Made by a program: the position numbers and the translations under genes. Positions 10,570 to 24,169 of a stretch of 64,000 nt of DNA are shown piece by piece. Origin of the DNA: Amoeboaphelidium protococcarum X5 (lineage: Eukaryota; Fungi; Aphelidiomycota); NCBI GenBank assembly GCA_023515725.1, contig JALDTO010000266.1, forward strand, positions 107,344-171,343, read 5' to 3'. The notes beneath the pieces are model-generated. The model ran no database searches, was not told the origin of the DNA, and was given only the letters and a program-made list of their open reading frames with translations. Position 1 is the first letter of the stretch; each line of letters starts with the position of its first letter.

Positions 10570-12219
10570 TCAGTCAAAGTACTTGGCATCTATACCACCA
10601 CTGGTTAGAGCAGACAAGTCGAGATTACCAGTAGAGTTGGAACGTACCGGTTATTGTTAATCAGATGCTATATCACGTACACATATTCTTCCATCTTGAG
10701 AACAACTGATTATATAGTGCCAGCTAAAATCTATTTTAAATACCCTGTTGGTATGTAAATTTTAGAATTCATACAACAGTATACCGCCGCCATTGTTATT
10801 GTTATTGTTATTGGCTACTCCACCACCCTCAACGACCATATCATTATTATCAGATGACGATGATCCTGGAAGAGACTGATGTAATATTCTCTTCATGTCC
10901 CAGACTTTGACTACACCGTCATAGCCACCACTGATCAGAAAGTTATTATTGAACTGCAATGTACGCACAAGATCACTATGAGCCACAAAAGACTGTAGCA
11001 GTTGACCAGTGTGAACATTCCACAACTTTATCGTCTGGTCAGAAGATCCACTGGCCACATATGTACCATTAAAGTGAATTGCCGCAATACCTCTGGCATG
11101 GCCAACTAGATCACGCAAACAAGTGCCATCCTTCTTAACAAAGTCCCAAACTTTAATGATTCTATCGCCAGATGCACTAACCATCAGTCCCTTCTACACA
11201 CTAATACTATTAACAGCAGCCTTGTGTCCAGTGCATGTGGTCAACAGATCCCATTAATTGTTTTCTTTTTATCGCTACCAGATTTTGATAGTCTTATCTT
11301 TGGATGCACTCACAATATTATAATCATCATCATCAAGAACTACATTCAATACACTCTCACTATGTCCATGTATGGTGTGCAATAAGGCGTACTAATTCCG
11401 CCGATCCCACACTTTAATAGTGGAATCTGATGACCCAGTTACAACCAAATCATCATTAAAAGCCACGGTAAGCACCGACTGAGAATGACCATTCATAACA
11501 TGCAACTACTCACCACTCTCAATATCCCATACGCGAACAGTTCTGTCACGACTACCACTTATAATCTACCGATTCTTGCCATCATACATTACAGAGTAGA
11601 TACCATCACGGTGTCCATTTATATGTCTGATATGCATCATGCCGTCATCATTCAACTATCCCCATCTCTATTACAAACGTTCTTATTACTCACAAAGATG
11701 ACGCCAAGTGGTCGGATGGTCCTTGAGTATCTTCTAATTGAGTTTCCAATCCTCAACTTACTACTTGTATCGAAATCTAGTCTTGTACACGGACTCTTGA
11801 CTGAACACTGAATTCCACCTTGATGATACCAGCTGGGCATTCTATAAATCTATTAAATTACGGCAAAGTAATTGGGCAATGTGGACAGATAATTCCTGAG
11901 GCAGTTGAGAGATAAAGTCGACATATTGAACAGCTTTCGGTGTCATAATTGCTTTAATCTGCTCCTGGAGCTTACCTACTTGTTATAGTGGCAATTCTTT
12001 GATTAACTGACTCAGAATATGAAATTACTATTCTGTTGAACATCTTCTCACCATATCCAGTATTTAAATAGTCAATATTGCACTAGGAGATTACTACTCT
12101 GATTGTACAGGTGTTGGGGCACTCGACTAGGAACTGCCACCTTCACTAAATCCCTCATCATTAGTTCTCACAACGGGACGGACATCAACTTGCTACTATT
12201 ACTACTAAATATCTTACAT
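10570..12219 (-). CDS. F-box/WD40 protein (beta-TrCP/FWD-1-like)
   Basis: 549 aa in code 6. F-box DFISQLPQELSVHIA..LVSSRW, followed by WD40 repeats (SGSRDRTVRVWD, TGSSDSTIKVWD, SASKDKTIKIW, SASGDRIIKVWD, SGSSDQTIKLW). Confidence 0.9.
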
Positions 12220-12579
12220 ATTTTAATTATAGGTTTATATCAAAGCCAATACAATGATAATGACTAAATTATATCAATACTTAATGCAGGTATTACAAGA
12301 GAAGCAAAGAGAGAAAGAAAGAGAGTTGTTTCAGGCGAAGAACAAGAACTGTGAATGAAGCAATTCGGCCGGAGATGGGGCGCGTTGTTGAGAGCGAGAG
12401 AGAGCTAAGAGCGAGAGAGAGAAAGCGGATGGAGCGGCAAAGAGGGATTTTAATCGTGGTAGGTTCAATTCAACAAGATACGTGCGTATGGTCTATTCAT
12501 ATCAAATAATTTAAATGAAAAGAAAACTTTACTACAAGATCAAAGATAATAGTTTCATGGTCATATTACTTGATTGTTT

Positions 12580-14616
12580 TCATTAAATGCGCTTCAAATT
12601 TTGTCTGACGCGAGACACTGCCTTGACGTACTTTTCCAGCGGGGACGGACCTTGATCGCAAAGTTCTGCTTGATTTGAAGCCAGTTCCAGTGGAGATGCC
12701 TAGATGGTCAGTCTCTACTACTGTACCCACAAGGAGTTCTCATCTACACACTTTTACAGAGCCACAATCTTCTTCTTGAATCCATCCAGAGCTTTTAGCT
12801 GGTGATAATGCTGTTCCAACAACTTTCTAATCTGACGCAACTGCATCTTGACACAGACAGATAGTTCGGGGAAGGCAACGTGGCGGGACCATGACACCAG
12901 ATCGGCTTCAACCACCTCATCTATCACATAGTCCAGCATTGGAACGTAATTCAGAGCAGTGCCTGCATACTTGGTAGACAGTTTAAGAGCAAATTGGATT
13001 TAGGCAGGTTTACCTCCACTACCAGCAGCGGGACCATCTTTAGATTTAATCAGTACCTGTACAACATCCATAACATTACTAAATGCCACAGACAGAATAG
13101 GTAGAAATACAAACTTGGAGCCAGATAAAGATTGCAAAGCTTTAAGTAAATGCAATCTCATTGGCAGATACTACTTGGCTGATGCAAAACGAATAATTCC
13201 AAATGCCACGGTAGTCAGAGGGAAATACAACTGATGCATAACATCTTCCTTAGGTGGACATTGTCTATGCAATACCAAGCACCAAAGCCTCACCGACCAC
13301 ACTGTGGACCAATTTGCAATAGCTGCCGAGTTATCAGCAGACGGTTTAGTGATTGCATTTCTTAACAAGACAGCCAGTTGACGGATTCCAAGGAAGCCCA
13401 GTGTATAGCAGAGCTCCTTCAGAGGAATCAGCGTCTCCACAATAGACTTCATCACGTACTCAACAGCCTCGTAATTATGAGTCGCGGTGGACTTGCAACT
13501 GGTCAAGAAGGCCTTTATCAACAATTTACCGGCAAACAGTCGACCTTCTTTATCAGTGATAGCAGATAGCCAGCTCTTGATCAGAACCATTGCACCAGTC
13601 TTCATCTCAATATCGCGCTGAGCATCATAATCTACGGACGTGTCCACTTTGCAATTACAAGCAAACTCGATCAGCAGTGTCCACAATTTCTTGGTAATTT
13701 TATTCAACTCCAACATGGAGAGTAATAATGCAACTTTACTCTGTTCTAATTTCACAGCTATAAAGTGGAGCATCTCGCGATCTTACAGCTGGTCTAGAAG
13801 TATAACCAGACAGGTAGAGTACTGCTTCATCAGAACCTTGTATTTCTTTGCAGCATTAGAAGAGCTGGATTTAAATCTGTTAGAATTAGTGTCACCAGAC
13901 ACGCCCAGCTGCTTGCAGATCATTAAAGGAATATCGGTGGTGATAACTTCAATCAATTTGCTGGAATTGTCATTCAACGTAGCTGCTGACAGTTGAGCCA
14001 TTTCTCCTTCATCGCCATCATCATTATCGCCTTCACTTTAAGGCATTAACATAGTTTTCAGCATACTGATTGCTTGCTTTGCAGCCGATACTGATGAATT
14101 ATCACGAATCTATTTGATGATATCATCCAGAGGGTCCTCCGAAATCTCCGAGTCCTATTCATCTGCCACTAAATCATCTTCATCCGAATCGCTGGCATTA
14201 GCTTCATCATCCACTAAATTTCCATCTTCCAGGTCTTCATTAAATTGCAATAATGCAGGATCATTCTCCTTCAAATACTTGTAAAAGTCTGGATCAGCAC
14301 TCTTCAATTGTTCAAGCTGCATGGCATGCTCATTCAACGCGCCTTCATCCTGAGACACGTTGCCATCTGACTGGGAATCTTCCTGCTACTCCATAATCAC
14401 CGCATTATCTTCGCTGGCAGATTTATCAATTACCATATCTTCGTATTGCTCTCTTCCGGTAGAATTATCAGCAATCTTCAACTTCTTATTCTTCTAGAAA
14501 CTCTCCTTCAAAGACTGGGATGATTTGCCATTTCTTGCAGCGCGTTTCTTTCTCTGTTCAATAACAGTCTTTAGCTTATTCTTATTGAACTTTTTAGTAG
14601 CTTTCTTTATCGCCAT
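12580..14616 (-). CDS. NOC2: Nucleolar complex protein 2
   Basis: MAIKKATKKFNKNKLK, LEQLKSADPDFYKYLKENDPALLQF, NW..V.S..LW, YLPMRLH, VAFPEL. One frame in code 6 (678 aa). Confidence 0.95.
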
Positions 14617-14836
14617 TATAAAGCAGTGTTAATCTTTACTTATTAAACGTTGATATAGCGATTTTAACAGAAGTTTAGTGCTTTTTACCAACGCAGAGTG
14701 AAAACGCGTCAAATTTTGTTCAGTTTTATCCATCACTTAAGACTGCTTCAAGAACCTTGTTTACATCAACTCTTAATTTATTAAATATCGATTAATCGCT
14801 GATAAGAAATTAATTAATAATTCAGTAGTATTTAAT

Positions 14837-16159
14837 ATGAAGGTTGGAATTGCACATCATAGTCAAGTTTAGCGAAAGACTTCGAATGATCTATATGTGA
14901 TGCCCAAGAATCCAGATCCGGTGCTGCATCCATTTGAGAAGGCGCGTGAATATACCAGAGCACTGAATTCTGCCAAGTTGGAGCGAATGTTCTCAAAGCC
15001 TTTTATCGCTGAGCTGGATGGACACAAGGATGGTGTTTATGCTTTGGCTAAGAATACCAAGAAGCTCACAGAAATCGCGTCTGGCTCTGCTGATGGGGAA
15101 ATAAAAGTGTGGAATCTGGCCACGCAGAAAGCCACCTGGTGCCTACAGAATGCCCATGATGGATTTATTCGTAGCTGTACATTCAGTCCATTAAATGAGA
15201 ATTTGATCACGTGTGGCGATGATAAATTGATCAAGATTTGGAATCCATAGTAGTAGCGAAATCAACCTCTCGCCGTAATGAAGAGTAAGGATTTCACAGT
15301 TGGCGTTGATCATCACTATACTAAAGATATTTTTGCCACTTGCGGATCCAAGATTGATATTTGGGATTCCTAGAGATCTGAACCAATTTACTCTATGAAC
15401 TGGGGCGTAGACTCTATCAATACTGTCCGCTTTAATCCTACCGAAGTATCGATTCTGGCGTCATGCGGAACTGATCGTAACATTACATTGTATGACATTC
15501 GAACTTAGACACCTTTATCGAAACTTGTGATGAGTCTGAAATCTAATGCCATAGCTTGGAATCCTATGGAGTCTTTTAACTTTGTGGTTGCCAGCGAAGA
15601 TCATAATGTGTACATGTTTGATATGCGCAAGATGAAGTCAGCTTTGAACGTGTATAAAGATCATGTCAGTGCAGTTATAGATGTTGACTTTGCGCCAACT
15701 GGTCAGGAGATTGTGACGGCATCTTATGATAAAACTCTGAGAATATTCCCGATCTAGTAAGGCCATTCGCGTGATATTTATCATACGTCGCGCATGTAGA
15801 GGTTGTTTGGTGTACGCTATTCTATGGACTCAAAGTATATTGTCAGTTGCTCTGATGACGCATCACTCCGTCTATGGAAGTCTAACGCGTCTGATAAGCT
15901 CGGACCTCTAGCTCCTAGGGAGCGAGCATCTCGAAAGTACAATGATCAGCTGAAGTCGAGGTATGGTCATATGCCAGAGGTGAAGAAGGTTCTCAAATCG
16001 CGTCACGTACCAAAGGCGGTGAAGAGCACGCAGCGGTTAAAGAAGATTGTCACTGATGCTGAATCTAAGCGTAAAGATAATCTGCGGCGACATAGTAAGC
16101 CAGGTACTCTTCCATATCAGGCAGAACGTCGTAAAAACATAGTCGCCATCTAAAAGTGA
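14837..16159 (+). CDS. SOF1: U3 snoRNP WD40 protein Sof1/DCAF13
   Basis: LHPFEKAREYTRALNSAKLERMFSKPF, GHSRDIYHTSRMQR, C-terminal Sof1 domain. TGA at 16157. Confidence 0.97.
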
Positions 16160-16236
16160 TAGTAATAAGAGTGAATATAGAACTATTATAAAATGTAAAA
16201 AATGAGTATAAATGCTCAACTATTATATTTAAATTT

Positions 16237-16794
16237 TCATGCAGTTGAACCTTCGACTGGAGCAGGAGCACTTCCGGTGACAGCAGCAACTGGCTTCTTT
16301 GAATCCTTGGCAGCAGGCACAGGCAGAGATCTTGGCACACAGACAATCTCAATGTGGCACGGATGGCTCTGGAATGGATTGATACGACCGTGAGCTCTGT
16401 ACGTTCTTCTACGCTGCTTTGGTGCCTGGTTCACCTAGATGTGCTTAATGTATAGAGAGTCAGTGTCCAACTGCTTAGCCTCAGCGTTGGCAAGCGCGTT
16501 CTTCAACAATCCCTCAATAAATTTAACACTCTTCACAGGCCAGCGACCCTGAGTGACGCCAAATTCCAAAGCCTGTCCAGTTCTACCAACACCACCCTTA
16601 AATCTACGGAATGGAATACAACGCTTGTGCTCCTTAACAGCCTCCAAATACTACAGAGCCTTGTGCACATTCATATCCTTAACAGCCATTGCTGTCTCGC
16701 GAGTATTTTTGAAGTGAACGCGCAGATATGCACCTCTTGCCTTGGCGCAGCTGTTTTCGTCCACTTTAACAACGTTATATCTATTGTTGACCAT
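16237..16794 (-). CDS. RPL17: 60S ribosomal protein L17 (uL22)
   Basis: [28 protein letters not shown] (Q=TAG), [13 protein letters not shown]. Confidence 0.98.
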
Positions 16795-17389
16795 ATTTAA
16801 TTTCCTCACTAGATTACAGATGGAGATTAAATTGCGAAAATTTACAATTTCTTCACCCAATGCTACCAACGGCCAGAAAAGTTTTACTGATTAACGCGAA
16901 CGGGCCTTTTTAGGTTGCTTAGGTTGATGAAAAATTGTTTTAGCCAATTTCCGAAATCAGAGCGCGCGTCGTTGATTTCACCGTTGCTTTTCGGTCATAA
17001 GCATTTCAGGAGTCGCTCGCATTGGTTTCAGCTTAGATTTAAGCTTTGGTATAAAGTACATCATTTAAATCCAATTGAGAAATTACAAAAGTAAAGGACT
17101 TGTTGGTTCAAAATGACTTAGGTTAGTATTTTGAGATTTTGTTATTAAAGTATTGGCGATGTTAGTAAAGATGCCCATAAGAAGCTCTTAAGTGTGAATG
17201 ATGATCTGTTTTCTGTAGCGGAAAAAGCAGTGATCATATTTGGTCTTATGATACTGTAAACTTACAGCGATCATACTGTAGTCATTATTTGCTTGAGTGT
17301 TCTTATTATTATTTATTACAAATTTCACGTGTCATAATAAAAGAGATAAAGTGCCAAACAACTCGGTATATATTCAAATATTTCAAAGA

Positions 17390-20181
17390 TCATGATAAAT
17401 TGTAAAATTTCTACAGCCTTTCTCGCAGCGAAGGGGGAAAGTTGGAATAGTAATTGTCCCACTACGCGCCCAACATATTCTTGACACCACTCAGTATTGC
17501 TTGGAACGCGTCTCGCAAATCCTATGGAGCAGAAGGATACATTGCCACTGCATCTGCAAACCAGGAAAAGGATTTCAACAGTCCATTTGGGTTGGTCTAA
17601 ATAAGTCTGCAGAATCCACGGAATGCCGACTCCTTCTCAGCATTTGGCTTTGTCTGTCTTAAAGCGCGACACCATGGCTCAACTATGACTTCCAAATTAG
17701 GAGCAATGCTCTCTGGAGAAATCAAGCTCAGTCTTCCAATAGTGATGGCAACATTTTCCTGTAGAATCTTTGAACTTTCTCTATGGAATAGAATAGCTAG
17801 CAACTGATCAGTCATTGGCTTTACGTAAGGAACCATTTCCTGGCCATACTGCATGGAAATTTCACCCGCAGCCCAGCAAGCATTATTCACCGCTGACAAA
17901 TTAGTATCAACCAAATTTACGCTACTTTACTGAATCAGGACAGGCATAATCTGCGGTAGATACTGCTGCAAAGTGGCAAAGGAGTGGATCGCCAAATCAC
18001 CGATAAGAGCAAATGCACTCTGACGAACCTCTGGAGATTCGTGGCAAATGCAATGCAGCAAAAGATCGTACAGAGATGGCTAAACTCTCTAAAGTAACGA
18101 AGAGAAATTCTACTGCAGAGCTTACACTATGCCAGACACCAAATCTAGAGCCACGATCAGGAAATCAATATCAGGCTCATCCATCTGACCTGGGTTCTAC
18201 TGATGCATTGCTTGTAGCGTTATGGTCTACTTGATCAGCTTGAGACATCTCTCATAGATTGGGTGAGAGAATGGCTCAAAACTAGACCCCAAAGCAGCGG
18301 CGACTATAGATAAACACTCCAATAGTGGGAACAACTGTGGATCGTCATCACTCAATGTGTTCCATCGCACAATCAAAGGTGGCATCAGTAAATTGATATA
18401 CTCCGGCTTCGCTAAGGCAGAACCAACACCTTCAGCAAGAGTTCCAACACTATCCAGCAGAATAGTGACATTCTTTTTCTGATAAAGCTGGAACGCTTGA
18501 TTGAACACCTACAAAAGCTGCGGTAGATATGGCACCATGTAATCCAACGCTTCCTCCTCAAATACTGACAGAGCACTACATGCAGCCTCTTGAACGCGCT
18601 TGTTATTGCTTAGAACTGCAGTCAGTATGGCACTTAGCAAAGGTTCAAAGTACGACGCCTTATTACTCTCGAAAGAATCAATGACAAATCCAGTATAGCG
18701 ACTTAGAGTCCAGCAAGTAATGGTCTTGACAAGCGGCTTAAGATCATTCATATTCTACAGAAGGAATGGTACTAGCTGTGGCAGGTGCGGCTAAATACCT
18801 GACATACATCCATCTGCAATAGCACCAAGAGCCAATATTCCAGCCTCACGTTAAGTCCAATCCGGGCTATTCATCATTTAATTCAAGATTGGCAGTACCA
18901 GCGATAATATGGAATCACCAAATGAGGAAGCAATAGCATCAAGAGTAGCAGCGGAACACTTTCTTAAATTCCACTCTGCGTAAACCTCATCGTCATCTTC
19001 TTCATCCTCCTCCTCATCGTCCTGATCAAGTTCACCCTCCTCGGCATCCTACTACTACTGCTATTTCTGACCATTCTCCACAGCGTGAGTCTTTGCTTTA
19101 TGATGACGGGGCTTGATGTCTTCGGCACGATCAGGAACGTTCTAATCGTCCTCATCCTAATCCAAGATCGCCAGATCATCCTCACTGTACGCCATACCTT
19201 TCAGAAGCTGTGGCAAAAGAGTCGGAAGATAGCCTTACATCGCCGTCTACAAGTTGTCCATTTCAGCAAATCTCAACCAAAACTCACATGCTTCCAGAGA
19301 CACACTCTCCTCCTAGTCCTTCATCGCATAAAGCATAAACTCTGCAATGCTGTTCATCTGCGGCAAAAGAATATCCGCCTTATTGTCCAAGAGCATAACA
19401 AACGCCTGGCACACGAGTCGCCTGACTTCACCAGCAGTATCTTGAGCTCTAGCTGACAATGCCTATATATAACGGCCCATAAATTCATTAAACAACACAT
19501 CCGACTACCAGATGATGAACTGATTAACAGAATTCAGCGCAAATGTTCGCACTTTCATATTCTACGATCCGGAAAATTAGATCAAAATTGGCAATAGCTG
19601 CCTCACCAAGTCAGGAGCCTATTCAGTCAACATCTGACCAGAGTCCTCGCAAATCTTGGAAAGTGAACTGAACGCTCCCTCCACCGTATTATCATCCTTG
19701 GACTAAACAAGCTGAACCAAATTACCCAACAAATCTGGCCATTGCTACAGACCAATTTTACTCACCAGAGTAGTAATTACAATACCAACAGTTCCCCTCA
19801 CCAATGGTAGAGGATCGCCCAATGAATGAACTGCGCATTGCTTGATAAAAGACAAATCTTCAGAAATCTGAGTGCCAATAGAGCGAATATTATTCTTCAA
19901 AATCAATCCAGCAGCAGCACGCACCTGAGGACTCTCCTGCTTCAACTGCGTTAAAATATGGATCAAGTAATTATTGTATTGAGGTACGGAAGTTTGAAAT
20001 TCATCCAAATTCTACATTAAAGTGATAGTGGTAATAAATATTAACATATATGTGCATTTAACATCCAAAATGATATTCAATTTACCTTGCGCACTTGCAT
20101 TTAAATGGCATTATTAGGCGAGTCTGCATTATGCAAAACCTGCAGAACAGTGTTCAGTACTTATTCATTAGCCTGCCACAT
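17390..20181 (-). CDS. KAP104: Transportin-1/karyopherin beta-2 (intron 20012-20085)
   Basis: NNYL, RAAAGLILKN, acidic loop with D....IKPR and EWNLRKCSAATLD, NNACWAAGEI, ENVAITIGRL. GT-AG intron of 74 nt. Confidence 0.96.
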
Positions 20182-20478
20182 TGTTTGCTAAATATTAACG
20201 TCAAATATTCCACTTATTATTACAATAAGAGGACAATAGATAGTATTTTAAATAGACGCGACGTAGAAAGTATCGCCTGAAAGAACGAAAGGACCGATCT
20301 CCTTCGCTAAGGTTGACATAACGCGGAACGAAACTGAAACTGCGAACGACTCTCTGATTGACACTGATGGTCTTTTCACGCTTTAATAATGTTGAGCTTC
20401 TTAGAAAAAGGCTAACTATGAAGTTGGGAAACATTAATTTGAAATCATTATTCACTTTTATACGCATGCATCTGACAA

Positions 20479-21650
20479 TCAATTCTTCCGTATGCAATTC
20501 AAACGATGTCTTAACTCTTCATCGCGAGGGTCTACACTTGTTCTCCTCGAGCTTGGTTCTGATGCTGCCGTGGATGTTAGCACGTACAGCGTATCTCCAT
20601 CCTTAATACTCAACTACTCCAACGTAGCATTGAACTTTAACGGCTCAAACTCATTAGTGCCACCGTTCAACTTGCCAATCTTAAATGGCTTCACTGTGAC
20701 TCCGGCGTTATCCTTTTGCACCTACTCTGATGGAGTCCAGCATAGATCCAACTGACCGGAAACGTAAGAATCAGCCACAATTTTGCGTTTCAAATCATCA
20801 ATCTTGAATGTTGAAACACTGAATGGTTTCTCGGGCGCAGAGTTTCCTGATTGAGCACTTTTACTAATGTCATTTAACACCACGATTACGCCTTCATCAT
20901 CACTAGTCTAGTCCAATGATTTAATAATTAGTGAGTAAGGCGCCACAACCTCCGGCTAATTGAAATATGTTCGCTTCTCCTTTCCCAGAGCCTGAGCCAT
21001 GATGGCTTGCAATTCCATTTTCTTCATTTTTGCACCCAACATCTCCATGTCAGCGCCACCGCCTGATGCAGATTAATACTGAGGTCCATCGTCAACATCT
21101 CCCACTCCGTCTTCGTCCAATAGACCATCGACACATCCACGCAGACTATCTTCAAAATGGTCGATCGCTCCAGATCGCATGCCCATCCTGTTCTCTCTCC
21201 TCTCCAGGCCGCCGAATGTTTCGTAAGCATTAGCATACGACCACGCTTTTACACCTTCCACTTCAGCCTGGTTAACTTTATGATCAGAAATCAGAGTTTG
21301 CGTCTTGAGCTCAAGATTGCAAGAGTGAGTCAAATTTCGATGTTGCAAGCTGCGAAATTTCTATATTTGCTACGCCACCAGTTGGGCACTCACCAGATCG
21401 CCCTTCTTCAACAAACGTTTACATTCGGCAAGCATCGTCTTCTCCTTGCGCTCCAATGCCATTCTGTCACGTGCAAGCTCTCTCTAATTCTTATCAGCGT
21501 GTACTTTAGCATCCTTCAATCTGCCTACAAGTATGAAATAATATTCAAGTTGCGATGTGTTGACATAGTATACTTACGATCGCGCAATCTCATGCTAGTT
21601 GAGTTGACACTTGACACGTTGAAGATACCCCCAAACATTGAACCATTCAT
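20479..21650 (-). CDS. ESCRT-III (CHMP2/Vps2-like Snf7-family) protein with an internal ubiquitin-like domain and C-terminal MIM1 (intron 21525-21577)
   Basis: QRELARDRMALERKEKTMLAECKRLLKKGDLVSAQLVAQQIQKFR is the ESCRT-III alpha1-alpha2 pattern. YSLIIKSL..KIDDLKRKI..PLKFNATLEQLSIKDGDTLYVL is Ubl-like, and DEELRHRLNCIRKN* is MIM1-like. A GTAAGT..TGTAG intron restores one 372-aa frame. Confidence 0.7.
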
Positions 21651-22150
21651 TTTATCTAGTTGATATATTCTTTTGTTTCTTGGTATTGCTTGCTAGTTAT
21701 ATAAATTTAAATCGATTTTAGAAATAAAAGATGGTGGTATTTTAATGCAAAACTTAAATATGGTTATATTTATCTCCCTAGCAATACTGTCGTGAAGTGT
21801 TATTCTGCGCCATTCGATGAACGGTCACTCGACCACAGTAAGTCAAACTGTTGGAGAATACATATGGGCATCGCCATAAATGTATCACAATAGTCATTTG
21901 AAGCACTGACATCTTTGTTTCAACTTTTCATGTAAATTCTTGAAATGACTGTCACACCGACACGGTCGTTGATTGAAACTGAACCAGCATGGCATGGTCA
22001 TAGATTTGATTTGGTGATCGAATTTAACCCAGACTTGAATTATTGTGGTACCATATACTTAGAGGAGTCGAGTGTTACGCAATTCATTTACAACATATTC
22101 AATCACCTTTACCATCTTCTAATTTTTGTTTTTGAGCCGAGCTAGTCGCG

Positions 22151-24169
22151 ATGGAGCCATTTAAAATTGCCACTTTGATCATATCAGATCGTGCAGTGTC
22201 TGATGTTTAATACGACTAAACTTCGGGGAAGATACAGTAATGGTTGAAAAATTAATTGCCTTTTAAAATAGGATGCTAGTCTTAATGCGCAGATGATAGC
22301 AGTTAAATTAGTGCGCGCATATTTGAAATGGTAAATGAAGGGTATGATTGGATAATCACTTCTGGTGGAACAGGCGCTAGTATTAGAGATGTCACTCCCG
22401 AGTCTGTGTTACCATTGCTGGATAAGCGATTCGACGCGCTTGAATAGCATATTAATAAATAGTCACTGCAGCATACACCGTTCGCAGTTCTCAGCAGAAT
22501 TGTATGCGGGCTAAAATTGACGCGTTCCAAATCCAGCGGATGCTTGATCACTTGCTTCCCCGGTAAACCAAAGGCTGTCATAGAGTGTCTTGACGCGTTG
22601 GTCACTTTTGAGAATTCTGGTGGTGATAGCTAAACTAATTTCAAGGTTCTTAATCATTTATTAAACTTTTGTCGTGGATCAATGGAACGTTAGTTTCATC
22701 ATGGTATGGAATCATCATCAGTTGTAAAGTCTGAGGTCAACTTCAATGCGTAAAATACTCTAAATATGCGTGAAGGGTGCTCTTGTGGATTCTAAGTCGA
22801 GACTGTAGATAATAGAACTGATGGCTAGCGATAAGTCTCAAAGTATCCAATGGTTGAGCTCACTCATGTTTTGTAGAAATTGCGAGATGAACTTACTGCT
22901 TTGTAAAGACATCGCTCTATGGACAAAACGTTGGTAGATATAACATAGCTAAAAACTGGAGATGTTATTAGTGAAGATGTGTTGTCTCAATTAAATATCC
23001 CGCCTGTCGACGTGTCTCGGATGGACGGATATGCAGTAAAGTTGCCAATTGACTCCAGCGTATGGTATAATGTAGTTGGTGAGGTGAATTCGGTGTAATT
23101 GAGTTAGAAGCCTTGTATCAAACTATAATCTAGAGATATTATCAAAGTTGCCACCGGCGTTCCTATCCCTGAAGGGACTGACGCTGTGATTCCGGTTGAG
23201 TATGCGTCGGTTCAATGCGTTGACAATTAAACGCGTGTAAAGTTTGATTAATCTGCTGTTAAATAGTTATTAAGAGGAAGTCATATTAGAACGAAAGGTA
23301 GCGATCTGAGTCATGGATAGTTGGTGTTGGGCAAAGGGTAGATGATATCTAGGAGTGGTGGGGAAGTTGGCCTACTGCATGGAAGTGGAGTCTCTTCTGT
23401 GTCCGTTTATGAATCAGTTAAAGTTGGAGTTTTATCGAGTGGCAGTGAAATTATGGCGGCAAATAACGATTAGAAAAATGGCAATTTTCAGGTAAGAGAT
23501 AGTAATAGACCGATGCTTCTGCATGCATTGTAATAAAATCAAGGAACTGTCTCAATTGATCTTGGACTTGTGGCCGATGATCGTCAGATTTTAATACAAG
23601 CAATTGAAGATGGTCTCTCTCAGTGTGATGTTTTAATTACTACAGGTGGTGTGTCAATGGGAGATTATGATTTAATTAAGCCAATTCTGGAATCTCTAAG
23701 AGGTGTTGAGTTGATCTGTGGTAGAATCAATATAAAACCGGGCCTTCCAACTACTATCGCTGTATGTAGACGACCTGAATATAGTATTGCCAAATTTATA
23801 TTCGCGTTACCTGGAAATCCCGTAAGTGCACTCACAATGTTCCATGTAATAGTAGATACATTTGTAAATGATTTGTACCGTTAATCTGATACTCAGTTAA
23901 AGTCTATGATTGATCGTCTTACTTCGGAGGACAGTGAAAGTATAAAAGTTAGTGAAGAGTTTACTCGTGATAAGACTCGCCCAGAAGTTGTTCGCTTAAC
24001 CCGGAATGATAATAGCGCGACTTTTAGAACGACTGGTGTACAAGTCAGCAGTCGATTGCAGAGTTGGGTGTCAGTCGATGCTTTGGCGCTTGTACCGAGC
24101 TAACTTTAGGTCGGTAGTACTTCAGTTTAAAAATGTTCTCTTTTGAAGTTGATTAAACAGTTCGATTGA
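22151..24169 (+). CDS. Gephyrin-like molybdenum cofactor biosynthesis protein (MogA-MoeA fusion)
   Basis: IISDR, ITSGGTG...RDVTPE, FPGKPKAV.EC (G domain); SRMDGYA, SSGSE, RDSNRPML, TTGGVSMG.YD, KPGLPT, LPGNPVSA, SSRL (E domain). 672 aa. Confidence 0.95.

Noticed and set aside
21720-22180. Open frame between the ESCRT-III-like gene and gephyrin
   Set aside because: No convincing start or homology, and it overlaps the gephyrin start and the divergent promoter.
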